NCBI GenBank assembly: GCA_038893355.1
Contig: JAWARQ010000004.1
Location: 122,577 to 186,576 of the forward strand
Reading direction: 5' to 3'
DNA from: Sulfolobaceae archaeon
GTDB lineage: Archaea > Thermoproteota > Thermoprotei_A > Sulfolobales > Sulfolobaceae
DNA length: 64,000 nt
Shown here: positions 1-11,053 of the stretch, one piece after another
Layout of the letters: every line of letters starts with the position of its first letter
Numbering within the stretch: position 1 is the first letter of the stretch
The notes under the pieces: generated by a model
The model's database searches: none
What the model was told of the DNA's origin: nothing
The model's input: the letters and a program-made list of their open reading frames with translations, nothing else
Translations under genes and position numbers: made by a program

Positions 1-243
1 ACTTTTGTAATATATATTAAGGGTGGATGGCCAATAAATATTCTAAATGTTTTGAAGAATGTGCAAGAGGTAGTTAAGATACATGCTGCTACTGCGAATC
101 CATTACAAGTTATTGTAGCACAAACTGATCAGGGTAGAGGAGTAATTGGAGTAGTTGATGGTTATACCCCATTAGGGATTGAGAGCGAGATTGATGAAAA
201 GGAGAGGAAGGAGTTCCTCAGGAAGATCGGATATAAGAGATAG
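1..243 (+). CDS. Adenosine-specific kinase / DUF355 family protein, 5'-truncated by window edge
   Basis: Frame open from base 1 ([24 protein letters not shown]...); [22 protein letters not shown] and C-terminal FLRKIGYKR are typical of the family. Confidence 0.8.
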   Translation, partial: TFVIYIKGGWPINILNVLKNVQEVVKIHAATANPLQVIVAQTDQGRGVIGVVDGYTPLGIESEIDEKERKEFLRKIGYKR

Positions 244-630
244 GCTTTTTTCTAATAACATATCTGATACTTCTATTTGATTTTTAAGATATTTAATCAA
301 AGAAGCAAAAAGTAATATTAAAGCTTGTATGTATTTTCTCTCAATTTCACTTTTTGCTTTCTTCCACTTCTCTTCAAGAATTTCATGACATTCCCAAAAC
401 CTCATTTCATTTATTAGCTTCCTCAAATCTTCCCTAATTTCGCCTACTTTAACGATAAAAAGTGGATTTCCCAGATAGTTAATAACATCTACTGGATTTC
501 CCATTATATCAATTTCAATATATTTGCCTTTTCTTATATCAATTACATTTATGCCTTTTTTTCTTAATACAGACTTTAATTCAAAAATATTTTGAGATAG
601 ATTTAATGAGTAAAAGAGAAGATACCTCAT
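172..630 (-). CDS. DUF309 domain protein
   Basis: [13 protein letters not shown] motif. Confidence 0.75.
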   Translation of the reverse strand: MRYLLFYSLNLSQNIFELKSVLRKKGINVIDIRKGKYIEIDIMGNPVDVINYLGNPLFIVKVGEIREDLRKLINEMRFWECHEILEEKWKKAKSEIERKYIQALILLFASLIKYLKNQIEVSDMLLEKSLSLISDLPEELLPLLFINLALNP

Positions 631-662
631 ATTTAATAGTCCAGAATTCGAGTTAAAATATA

Positions 663-1709
<1,047 letters not shown>

Positions 1710-1715
<6 letters not shown>

Positions 1716-2477
1716 TCCCTTAAATTTAGGTTTTCTCTTTTCGAAAAACGAATTGACACCTTCATTTTTATCTTGGGTCGAGAATACTAGACCCCAACTT
1801 ATACTTTCTGATCTTAATGCGGATTCCCTATTTAAATTATCCCCCATATTTACTAAATACTTAATTAGGTACAATGCTATAGGAGGCTTCTCTGCTAACA
1901 TTAACGCAACCTTTCTTACCTCATCCTCTAAAGAATTTTTAGGTAGAGCCTTATTCACTAGTCCTATTCTTTCAGCCTCTTTTCCACTAATTCTAGCACC
2001 AGTCATCATTAACTCTAACGCCTTACCCTTTCCTATCAACTTTACTAATCTTTGAGTACCACCAAAACCTGGATAAATCCCTAAATCTATTTCTGGCAAT
2101 CCTAATATAGCATCTTCCGTAGAATATCTTAAATCACATGCCATTGCTAACTCTAGTCCTCCTCCTAATGCATAGCCCTCAATCATAGCAATTGTTGGTT
2201 TAGGATAGTTTTCTATATAGTCCATGAGTTCTCTTCCTCTTTTTGCAAACTTCCATGCAGTGATTGGATTTAATTCTTTAAATAGATTAATATCGGCTCC
2301 TGCAGAAAATGTATTATTCCCCCTTAATATCACTACCCTAATATCATTATCTTCCTCAATTGACTTTAAGGCCTCATAAATTTCCTCGATCATTTCAAGA
2401 TTAATTGCATTAACTTTTGGTCTGTTTAAAATTATCCAGATAAGCGGTTGCTCTTTATTAATAATTATTGTTTTCAT
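1710..2477 (-). CDS. Enoyl-CoA hydratase, probable 3-hydroxypropionyl-CoA dehydratase (3HP/4HB cycle)
   Basis: Crotonase motifs [36 protein letters not shown]; AWKF..GRELMD and WGLVFST resemble the Metallosphaera enzyme as recalled. Confidence 0.85.
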
Positions 2478-2527
2478 ATGAACTTTTTAATATACTAACA
2501 TTTTAATATTGCGGTAAGATTGTTAGA

Positions 2528-3088
2528 ATGATGGATGAGCAGAAAAAACTTCTACTAATTTCAGCGATTCCCGTTATTGGTGGTGTAGTAAGTAATTATT
2601 ATCTATCTCTTAAAATCTCGAAGATAAATAAATTAATAAAACTTCTACTAATTTCAATTTCAGTGTCTGTCATCTCTACTCTAATTCTAGCATTATATTT
2701 CTTTAGGGAGATCATACTAGAGATTTTTGGTGCTATAATTATTGCAAATTTTGTAAGTATATTTCTAGGCAGAAAGAGAAAATTAAGTAATGATATAAAA
2801 TTAAAAATAAATGAATATTATATTGAAATATTAACTAATATAGATTTTGATGAAGGAGATATTATTAAAGATCCAAATGAAATTTATACTAAAGTTATTA
2901 ATCAAGCTCTATCTAAAATAAAATCTCCTTACTACAAACAAAAACTTTTAGAAACGTTAAAATGTAATAATTTAAAACTTTTTTTATCAGAGGATAAAAT
3001 TGTTTTAAGAAGAAAATGTGGAGATACAATCGTCGAAATAACGTTAAGGGGAATTAAGGGAGAGCTAAAAGTCAGTATATTATACTAA
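2528..3088 (+). CDS. Hypothetical membrane protein
   Basis: About three N-terminal hydrophobic segments, soluble C-terminus. Confidence 0.6.
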   Translation: MMDEQKKLLLISAIPVIGGVVSNYYLSLKISKINKLIKLLLISISVSVISTLILALYFFREIILEIFGAIIIANFVSIFLGRKRKLSNDIKLKINEYYIEILTNIDFDEGDIIKDPNEIYTKVINQALSKIKSPYYKQKLLETLKCNNLKLFLSEDKIVLRRKCGDTIVEITLRGIKGELKVSILY

Positions 3089-3941
3089 AAATTATCAATC
3101 CTATTAAGATCACTGCTAGATAAGGAGAACTAACCTTAAATGACAGCCAAGCCTCTTCCTTACTGGGATTTTTAAGGAGACGTAAATTAAAGTAAACGAG
3201 AATTACAGAAAATATTAGAGTATAAATTACGAAGTAAATATTTACGAATAATGAAAGTAGAATAGCAAAAGGTACCATGAGTATATTAGATACTAGAATA
3301 TATAGGGCCGACTTTCTTTCATTATTAATAACTACAGGTAACATAGGTATTCCTGCTCTTTCATAGTCTTCCTTATATCTTAACGCTAAAGCCCAGAAAT
3401 GGCCAGGAGTCCACATGAATATCAAAAGTCCTAATAATATTGCCGAAAGGGATAACGTTTCATGTTGCGAAGCATATCCTGCCCATGCCGCTGCGCTTCC
3501 AGCTAAACCACCTATAACAATGTTCCATACACTCCTTGGCTTTAACCATATAGTATAAATTATTATATAAATGAAAGCACCAAGGATGACGAAAAGAAAC
3601 GTCAAGAAATTAGCTAACATTAAAGATATTAGGCCCCCTGCAGCCAAAAGTAGTATTCCAAAAATTATCGCAGATCTCGGTGAGATTATTCCTCTTACAG
3701 TAGGTCTTTTTGAGGTCCTTAACATTACGGCATCTCTTGAAACCTCCAGTCCACTATTTATACTCATAGAACCTCCAGATGCAAGAGCACCACCTATTAA
3801 AACTCCGATGAGTTTAATTATATCAATTCCGCCTTTATAATCTAAAAATGCCCCTCCTAGCGCTGCTAAATCAAGTAGCCAAATAATGTTAGGTTTTGTA
3901 AGCTTTATGTAATAGTAAATTTTTGAAGTAAGAATTGACAT
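3072..3941 (-). CDS. cyoE: Protoheme IX farnesyltransferase (heme o synthase)
   Basis: [52 protein letters not shown]. Confidence 0.93.
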   Translation of the reverse strand: MSILTSKIYYYIKLTKPNIIWLLDLAALGGAFLDYKGGIDIIKLIGVLIGGALASGGSMSINSGLEVSRDAVMLRTSKRPTVRGIISPRSAIIFGILLLAAGGLISLMLANFLTFLFVILGAFIYIIIYTIWLKPRSVWNIVIGGLAGSAAAWAGYASQHETLSLSAILLGLLIFMWTPGHFWALALRYKEDYERAGIPMLPVVINNERKSALYILVSNILMVPFAILLSLFVNIYFVIYTLIFSVILVYFNLRLLKNPSKEEAWLSFKVSSPYLAVILIGLIIFSIIY

Positions 3942-4103
3942 AACAGATATTTCTATCTTGTAAAAATAAATCTTATCATTAAAGCTTTAGGGCAAGGTAT
4001 TAAAATTAAAGATAACGAGAATAACAAAATATTTAGAAATTCAAACTCTTCGTTTCACTTAATTTATTATTAATCTTAAATAGGAAGTAGTTAATTTTCT
4101 ATT

Positions 4104-4436
4104 ATGAGTTGGAAGTTTAAGCAAGGTAGTATAATTGGTAGTAATGCACCGAAATCTTGTACAATTGATGTAATAGCAGAACGTCTATCTAAAGAACTAA
4201 ATATAGATTATAGTAAGGCTCATTTAATATCACAAGAAATTTTAATAAAAGTATTTAAAGAGAGAAAATATAGATTAAAAGATATTTTATCAAGCTTGAA
4301 TATTTCAGATAATGTTTTAATAAAATTATTCAGTATTTCATCAGAAGTAGATAGTGAAATAAGGGAGTTTATTATTAAAAATAAAATTAACTTACAAGAT
4401 GAAAAGTCGTTAAAGGTTCTTAAAGATTTATTATGA
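4104..4436 (+). CDS. Hypothetical protein
   Basis: 110-aa ORF with upstream TATA-like sequence; no recognisable motif. Confidence 0.55.
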   Translation: MSWKFKQGSIIGSNAPKSCTIDVIAERLSKELNIDYSKAHLISQEILIKVFKERKYRLKDILSSLNISDNVLIKLFSISSEVDSEIREFIIKNKINLQDEKSLKVLKDLL

Positions 4437-4455
4437 GAGTTTCCAAAGACTAATT

Positions 4456-4734
4456 ATGAAACTTCAAGAAAACGAAATTCTAGATAGATTAAAGAGTTTA
4501 AAAGGATGGAAATACGAAAATGGAAGAATAAGAAAAGAGCTGAGATTTAAAGATTTTAAAGAAGCCATAAATTTCTTAGTTAAATTACAGCCAGTTGCCG
4601 ACTCTCTAGATCATCACCCTGATATTTGTGTACAGTATAACAAAGTTATAATTGAAATCTTTACTCATGATGTAAATGGTATAACTGAAAAGGATTTCGA
4701 ATTGGCTAGAGAGATAGATAAGTTACTGCCTTAG
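4456..4734 (+). CDS. Pterin-4-alpha-carbinolamine dehydratase
   Basis: F.DF.EA, DHHPD, THD..GITEKDF.LA. Confidence 0.9.
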   Translation: MKLQENEILDRLKSLKGWKYENGRIRKELRFKDFKEAINFLVKLQPVADSLDHHPDICVQYNKVIIEIFTHDVNGITEKDFELAREIDKLLP

Positions 4735-6570
4735 CTTATATTTATTCCACACTTCTTTTATTTCATCTAATGACTGTGGATTCTCCAAAGCAGAAGTATC
4801 GCCAACTGGTTTGTTTAAGATTATAGCTCTAATTAATCTTCTCATAATTTTTGCGTTTCTAGTTTTTGGTAGTTCCCTCACAAAAATTATATCTTCTGGC
4901 ATGTATGCTTTACCTAGTTTCCTCTCTAAATATGTTATTAAGTCCTCTTTCTTAACTTCTCCCTTAGATACTGCAAAACAGTAAATTACCTCACCCTTTA
5001 TCTCATGCGGAATTCCTACGCATGCTGATTCTACTATTAGTGGATAGGAGTTAATACTATCCTCGATCTCAGCAGGACCAATTCTCTTACCTGCCACTTT
5101 TATGACGTCATCACTTCTTCCCACTATGTAAATATAACCTTCATTATCATAATATGCTAAATCTCCATGAACCCATACACCCTCCCATCTGGACCAATAA
5201 GTCCTTAAGTATCTTTCCTCATCCCTCCAAAATCCTCTTGTAATACCTGGCCATACACTTAGTACTACTAATTCACCTTCAGTAAATGGTTTTGCTAGCT
5301 TTCCGTCTTCATCAAAGATACTAACTTCCATACCTGGAGAAGCGCCATTAAATGATGAAGGTTTGATTTCTTTAATTACATAGTTTCCTACTATTCCACC
5401 AGAAATCTCAGTGCCTCCAGAATAGTTAATTATCGGATTCTTGCCTATTGCATTATATAGCCAATTCCAACTATCTACATCGATTGGCTCCCCAGTATTT
5501 CCACCTATCCTTACGTGAAGCTTTGGTATCTGATTAGATTCCCTTTTATAGTTTCTAACTAAAGTTGCCGATAAGCCCAATATGTCAACTTTCATATCCT
5601 CAACGAACTTAGTTAACGTGGATAAACTAACGTAACCCTCAATCATACCTATTGATGAGTTTAATAATAATCCTCCCATAACCATCCATGGCCCCATCAT
5701 CCAACCCATATCAGTTACCCACATAAGTGTCTCTTTAGGTTTTAAATCAAAATGAAAGTAGATATCTGCAATGGCCTTTATTGGAAATCCTCCGTGAACA
5801 TGAACACAACCTTTTGGCTTTCCTGTAGTACCTGAAGTATAAATTATCATTAATGGATCTTCTGTAGAGGTCTCCTCTATATAATCACCACCAGTTTTGA
5901 GCACATCCTCTTTATAGTCATAATCACCCCTATATCCACTTCTACTTAGCACAACTTTACTTATTTTAATCTCAGAAAGATTATCTAACATTCTTATCTC
6001 TTTACCCTTTCTTAATGTAGTATCTACAGTAAAGATTAATTTAGCCTCACTATCCTCAATTCGTGTTCTTATGGGTTCTGATCCAAATCCAGAAAAAAGT
6101 GGTACAAAGATCAAACCAGCCCTTATTATCCCTAACATTACTGCAATTAATTCTGGAATCATTGGCATATATACTGCAACTCTATCTCCCTTCTTTAATC
6201 CTATCTTTTTCAAGAAACTAGCTATGGATTTAGCTTGTGCTGCTATTTCGTAATAAGAAACTTTTTTAGCGTTTCCAGTTTCATCCATCCATTTTATAAA
6301 TATTTCAGAAGTTTCGGGAATATTTGCAGCTATATTTAATCTTCCATCTATAAACCATTTTGGCCAAGGTTTTCCTCTCGATAAATCTAAAACTTTCGAA
6401 TATGGTTTTTGAAATTTTAGGTTTATCGTATCTAGGAATTCTCTCCAAAAAGATTCTGGCCTTGAATAACTATACTTGATAAATTCTTCTAAATTAGTTA
6501 AATTTCTTTCTATCATGAATTTGTAAACATTACTATTTTCAATCCATTCTTTGTCAGGTTTCCAGTTCAC
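4723..6570 (-). CDS. AMP-forming acyl-CoA synthetase (acetyl-/acetoacetyl-CoA synthetase-like)
   Basis: YTSGTTGKPKG, YSGGTE, W.HGD, GRSDD, LPKTRNAKIMRR. Confidence 0.9.
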   Translation of the reverse strand: MNWKPDKEWIENSNVYKFMIERNLTNLEEFIKYSYSRPESFWREFLDTINLKFQKPYSKVLDLSRGKPWPKWFIDGRLNIAANIPETSEIFIKWMDETGNAKKVSYYEIAAQAKSIASFLKKIGLKKGDRVAVYMPMIPELIAVMLGIIRAGLIFVPLFSGFGSEPIRTRIEDSEAKLIFTVDTTLRKGKEIRMLDNLSEIKISKVVLSRSGYRGDYDYKEDVLKTGGDYIEETSTEDPLMIIYTSGTTGKPKGCVHVHGGFPIKAIADIYFHFDLKPKETLMWVTDMGWMMGPWMVMGGLLLNSSIGMIEGYVSLSTLTKFVEDMKVDILGLSATLVRNYKRESNQIPKLHVRIGGNTGEPIDVDSWNWLYNAIGKNPIINYSGGTEISGGIVGNYVIKEIKPSSFNGASPGMEVSIFDEDGKLAKPFTEGELVVLSVWPGITRGFWRDEERYLRTYWSRWEGVWVHGDLAYYDNEGYIYIVGRSDDVIKVAGKRIGPAEIEDSINSYPLIVESACVGIPHEIKGEVIYCFAVSKGEVKKEDLITYLERKLGKAYMPEDIIFVRELPKTRNAKIMRRLIRAIILNKPVGDTSALENPQSLDEIKEVWNKYKLRQ

Positions 6571-7007
6571 TTCTTTCTCACTCTCAGAGGAATTTCATAA
6601 GAGATAATCTCTACCCTCTCACCAATATCAGCTTCATCTTCTACAATAGCTAATAATCCTCCTTTATATCCTTTAAATCTTAATAAAGCTAGTTTTATTG
6701 GATTTTCTAACTTATTACCATATTTATCCTTATATATTATAGTAATGGAGTCTATAAATGCTTCAACTTGATCTAATTCTATAAAGTTCGTTTTTACGTA
6801 GCACCTCTCACAATATAATCTTGGTGGAACATAGATATCTCCACATTTTTCACATTTTGCCCCAGTAATTTTCTTTTCTTTTAATTTCTTTAGAAATATA
6901 TCACCCGCAACTCCTGCAGTGTATACATATTTTTCTAACTCTATAGCATCTTTCCATGTTAATAATTCATGATCCATTCCAGTCTTTTCTAGTGACATTT
7001 CACTCAA
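6567..7007 (-). CDS. DUF35 Zn-ribbon/OB-fold protein
   Basis: CEKCG..YVPPRLYCERC. Confidence 0.88.
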   Translation of the reverse strand: MSEMSLEKTGMDHELLTWKDAIELEKYVYTAGVAGDIFLKKLKEKKITGAKCEKCGDIYVPPRLYCERCYVKTNFIELDQVEAFIDSITIIYKDKYGNKLENPIKLALLRFKGYKGGLLAIVEDEADIGERVEIISYEIPLRVRKK

Positions 7008-7503
7008 TCACCTTAAAGCATTCTATATCATTTATACTTCCTATTCTTTCATTTTTATTTTTCCATACTGCCTTAACTTTTTTACCAAATAAGCTCATAT
7101 TTCTTACTTCATCATAACTTGCACAAATTCTATGGAAAATTCCAGGAAATATCCAATCATTTGGCCTAGATGGTTCAAGTTTTATTATACCTATTATTTC
7201 GGGTTTCTCTAATCTCTCTCTAGTCCAAGAAATAAAGCTAGCAACTACTGTTATTACTTCACCTTCATCCTTAACTTCTACCCACTCATCAGTAGGTCTG
7301 AAGCAGTCTTCACAATACATTCTCGGTGGAACATAAACTCTATTACATTTCTTACATTTCCTACCTATTATCTTTCCTTCTTTTAAAGCTAGTAAGTATT
7401 TACTGTAAGCCTGGCCTGCAGTAAAAGAGTATTTTAAATTAGGTATGTATTCAACTAATTCAAATTTAGATAACTCATCTTCTCTCAATGGAGTTCCTTT
7501 CAT
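7000..7503 (-). CDS. DUF35 Zn-ribbon/OB-fold protein
   Basis: CKKCNRVYVPPRMYCEDC followed by OB-fold. Confidence 0.88.
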   Translation of the reverse strand: MKGTPLREDELSKFELVEYIPNLKYSFTAGQAYSKYLLALKEGKIIGRKCKKCNRVYVPPRMYCEDCFRPTDEWVEVKDEGEVITVVASFISWTRERLEKPEIIGIIKLEPSRPNDWIFPGIFHRICASYDEVRNMSLFGKKVKAVWKNKNERIGSINDIECFKVIE

Positions 7504-7517
7504 CCTTAGTCACCTTT

Positions 7518-8696
7518 TTAATTTTTCATAATAATTACTGTTGAGGCTTGCATTAAATCACCCCAGGCCTGTGCTAATCCAGTAGTTACTGGTTTCTTTA
7601 CCTGCATTCTACCTGCAGTACCCTTAAGCTGCCAGTAGATGCTTATAACCTTCATTAATCCTGCAGCAGCTATTGGATTTCCTACTCCTAATAATCCTCC
7701 ACTAGGACTGCTAGGTATTTCGCCATCTCTATCAAAATAACCGTCTCGCAATAGTTTTACTGCCTCCCCCCTTTTAGCAATTAATAAACCTTCTATATGA
7801 TGTAATTCTTTATAATCAAACGGATCGTATGGCTCAATTACATCGATTTCTTTATTTGGTCTTTCAATTCCAGCAATTCTATACGCCATTCTCGCTGCAT
7901 ATTCTAAATACCTTGGATAAGCTAATTCTCTCCCAGTCCATTCTGTATTATCTAAAGCCCAACCAACTCCTTCTACCCATACTGGTATATCAGTATATCG
8001 TCTTGCAATATCTTCTGCTACAAAAACCATTGCAGCAGCTCCATCACTAACTGGGCTAATATCTAATAATTGTACAGGCCAAACTAGAATCTCACTCTTT
8101 AAAACATCCTCTACGGTAATATTTCCAGCAGCTTGAGCATAAGGATTATCAAGAGCATTTCTTTTATTTTTAACAGAAACCAGTGCAATATCCTCTTTCT
8201 TAATTCCATATACCTTCATATATCTATGCATTTCAAGTGCAAATATCCATATTAAATTTGGATTTAATGGTTTTTCAGTTATAGGATCCCAAATATATCT
8301 AAATACTGCCTGTGGATGAGGTCTAGCAGCACTCATCTTTTCCTCTGCTACTGCTAATACTTTATCACATAATCCACTTGCTACATGATAAAATGCTGTA
8401 ATTGCTGTCATAACACCCGTAGCACCTCCTACGAAGACTCTACTAACCATCTTCCTAATACCGCCTGCACCATGTGAAAGATATTCTCCCTTCATGTGTA
8501 TTCCATCAAATGCGTCCGGTGCACTACCAATTACTACACAATCTATATCCTTTAATTCTAGTCCCGCTTCATCTAATGCAGCTCTAGATGCCTCCCATGC
8601 AAGTTCTTGCGGAGTTTCTAACATCCTTCGTCTAAATAATGTCAAACCTGCGCCTATTGCAGCTACTCTTCTCTTAAAATGAATATTTGGCCTCAT
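7518..8696 (-). CDS. SCP2-type thiolase-fold protein lacking the nucleophilic Cys
   Basis: Thiolase-fold motifs SPVSDGAAA, YDPF, SGGLLGVGNP; GGATG where CASG is expected. Confidence 0.85.
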   Translation of the reverse strand: MRPNIHFKRRVAAIGAGLTLFRRRMLETPQELAWEASRAALDEAGLELKDIDCVVIGSAPDAFDGIHMKGEYLSHGAGGIRKMVSRVFVGGATGVMTAITAFYHVASGLCDKVLAVAEEKMSAARPHPQAVFRYIWDPITEKPLNPNLIWIFALEMHRYMKVYGIKKEDIALVSVKNKRNALDNPYAQAAGNITVEDVLKSEILVWPVQLLDISPVSDGAAAMVFVAEDIARRYTDIPVWVEGVGWALDNTEWTGRELAYPRYLEYAARMAYRIAGIERPNKEIDVIEPYDPFDYKELHHIEGLLIAKRGEAVKLLRDGYFDRDGEIPSSPSGGLLGVGNPIAAAGLMKVISIYWQLKGTAGRMQVKKPVTTGLAQAWGDLMQASTVIIMKN

Positions 8697-9832
8697 TTTC
8701 TACTCACCACTGCAACACTGCCAGTAAATGTTGGGACTCCTCTCCATGAAGCTACTACTGCTTTAGACTTTCCTGATCTTAAATATTCTACTGCATCTAG
8801 AAGTAGAGAAATTCCAGACGCTTCTAAAGGTACACCTTTAGCAAGATGTCCACCATAAGGATTTACTGGAATTTTACTATCTCTTTCAAATTCACCTTCT
8901 CTAAGTGCTAGTACTGAATTATCAAATATCTTTAATGCATCGACATGTTGAAGTTCTTTATAGCTATACCTATCATCTACAAATACTCCTTCTACTTCAT
9001 TTTTAGGTGTTTTAATCTTAGCCATCGAATATGCCCTTTCTGCAGAAATTCTAATGTACATTGCTTCTCCCAAATTTGATGTCTCTAAATTAGAGGAGTC
9101 TGTGGAAAAGAAAATTCCATCAATCCAGATTGGAGTATCATTAAATTTTCTTGCTACAGTTTCAGAGGCCACTACGACAACTATCGCGGCATCAACGAAA
9201 CTTGCAATATCTAAATCAGTTAATGGAAATACTACAAAGTCTCTGGATATTACATCTTCTGGAAGAATTTTTGATGCAAATGGAGCCCTATTTGAGTATA
9301 GACCATTTCTTTTATTTTTACTAACTATTAATGCTAAATCTTCTCTAGTAACTCCTTTTTTCCTCATGAATATATTCGCATCAAGTCCAGCAATGAAGTG
9401 ATAAGGAATCTTCAATTTACTAGCTATTGGTCTTAAATAAATTGGATCCATTCCAAATTCTATGACATCTTGTATAGTTATGATATCACTAGGTTTTGCG
9501 TGGGATTCTACTACTACAACATCAGCTAGACCAGCATTTATCTGCATGAATGCATGGGCTATACATTGTAAACCGTCTCCAGTAACTGTCATAGTTGGCC
9601 TCATAGCACCACCTATTGGGTCTGGTGCAAATTCATCAGCTATTGCTATTCCTTCCCAGAAATCCTCTTGGCAAGATATAAATGAATCTACGTCAGTCCT
9701 TGGATTTAAAGAGTTTGCATCTTCATAAGCCCTAATTGCTGCCTCAAACATCATCTCTCTGAATGATAAATGCTTAATATTTGGTTCAAAACCATACCAA
9801 CCTATTCCCACTATTCCGACCCTTTCTCTCAA
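8693..9832 (-). CDS. SCP2-type thiolase-fold protein, divergent paralog
   Basis: Thiolase fold (VGIVGIG, DAAIVVVVASE, PVNPYGGHLAKGVP); TTG start after GGTGAG SD. Confidence 0.85.
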   Translation of the reverse strand: MRERVGIVGIGWYGFEPNIKHLSFREMMFEAAIRAYEDANSLNPRTDVDSFISCQEDFWEGIAIADEFAPDPIGGAMRPTMTVTGDGLQCIAHAFMQINAGLADVVVVESHAKPSDIITIQDVIEFGMDPIYLRPIASKLKIPYHFIAGLDANIFMRKKGVTREDLALIVSKNKRNGLYSNRAPFASKILPEDVISRDFVVFPLTDLDIASFVDAAIVVVVASETVARKFNDTPIWIDGIFFSTDSSNLETSNLGEAMYIRISAERAYSMAKIKTPKNEVEGVFVDDRYSYKELQHVDALKIFDNSVLALREGEFERDSKIPVNPYGGHLAKGVPLEASGISLLLDAVEYLRSGKSKAVVASWRGVPTFTGSVAVVSRK

Positions 9833-9872
9833 AAACTCACCGCCATAATCTTTTCACTACAAATATAAATTT

Positions 9873-11003
9873 TTAAAGTAATATTGATATGTTAGCCGTA
9901 TCAATATATTTGGAGATTATATGTAATTGAATCTCGTCAGTACCTTCTCCTATTCTCACTAGCCTAATATCCCTATAAGCCCTTTCAGTTTTAGAACCCT
10001 TTGCGAATCCAATCCCTCCAAGGATCTGTAAAGAAGTATCTATCACTTCTTGGGCAGTTTGCGCTAAGAATAATTTAAGCATTGAAATTTTATGCGTAAT
10101 ACTATCACCATATTTGTCATATAAAATTGAAATTTCCTTAAGGTATGTATTCATAATATCTAGGTTAGTATATAATCTTGCCAAATACCATCTAATTCCT
10201 TGAAATTCAATCAATTTATTACCGAAAGATTCTCTACTTTTTGCCCACTCTAATGCTTCCGCAAATGAGCTCACTGCTAAACCATACGCAATTGCAGATA
10301 TCGCAATCCTCCCGACATTTAATACATGCTTTATAATTTTCCATCCCTTATTTACTTCTCCTAACAGATGATCTTTAGGTATTTCACAATCATTGAATCC
10401 AACTTCAGCAGTCCCAGTGCCTCTGCAGCCCATTACCTCAATTTTTCTTACCTCTACGCACTTATCTCTAGGAACTATAAATAGTGAGATGCCCTTTTCT
10501 CGATCTTCTAACTTTCCAGTTCTTGCTGCTACAACATAAAAGTCAGCAACTGTGCCTTGTGTTGTCCACATTTTCTTTCCCTTTATTATCCAGCTATCTC
10601 CCTTTTGAGTTGCCATAGTTCTTATTGCTGCTGCATCACTTCCGCAACAAGGTTCACTTAGTCCAAAACCGCCTATCCTTTTACCTTCTGCAAGAGGGAA
10701 TAAGTAATTGTCATTCAATGCTTTATTTCCTACATATCTTAATGCCTCACCTACTAATTCGCCCTGTGCATCCTGGATTAATGCTACAGAACCACTATAC
10801 TTAGCAATTTCTGCTATTATCTTAACCATCTGATAATGATTTAAACCATTTAATAGCGGTACCAAATATCCAAGTTCTCCCATCTTCCTTACTAGCTCTC
10901 TTGGATACCAATCTTCTCTATCAATTTTTTCACTTATTGGTTCTATTTCTCTTTTTGAGAATTCCTTAACACTTTCTAAAATTATATCCTCCTCGTAATT
11001 CAA
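9873..11003 (-). CDS. Acyl-CoA dehydrogenase
   Basis: FGLSEPCCGSDAA, G.KMWTTQG, R..FG..L..FQG, YRD.R..RIGEGTDEIQ. Confidence 0.92.
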   Translation of the reverse strand: MNYEEDIILESVKEFSKREIEPISEKIDREDWYPRELVRKMGELGYLVPLLNGLNHYQMVKIIAEIAKYSGSVALIQDAQGELVGEALRYVGNKALNDNYLFPLAEGKRIGGFGLSEPCCGSDAAAIRTMATQKGDSWIIKGKKMWTTQGTVADFYVVAARTGKLEDREKGISLFIVPRDKCVEVRKIEVMGCRGTGTAEVGFNDCEIPKDHLLGEVNKGWKIIKHVLNVGRIAISAIAYGLAVSSFAEALEWAKSRESFGNKLIEFQGIRWYLARLYTNLDIMNTYLKEISILYDKYGDSITHKISMLKLFLAQTAQEVIDTSLQILGGIGFAKGSKTERAYRDIRLVRIGEGTDEIQLHIISKYIDTANISILL

Positions 11004-11053
11004 GTTTTCACCTATGCTAAAAATAAATATCTCAATTTAAAATAATATCATAT

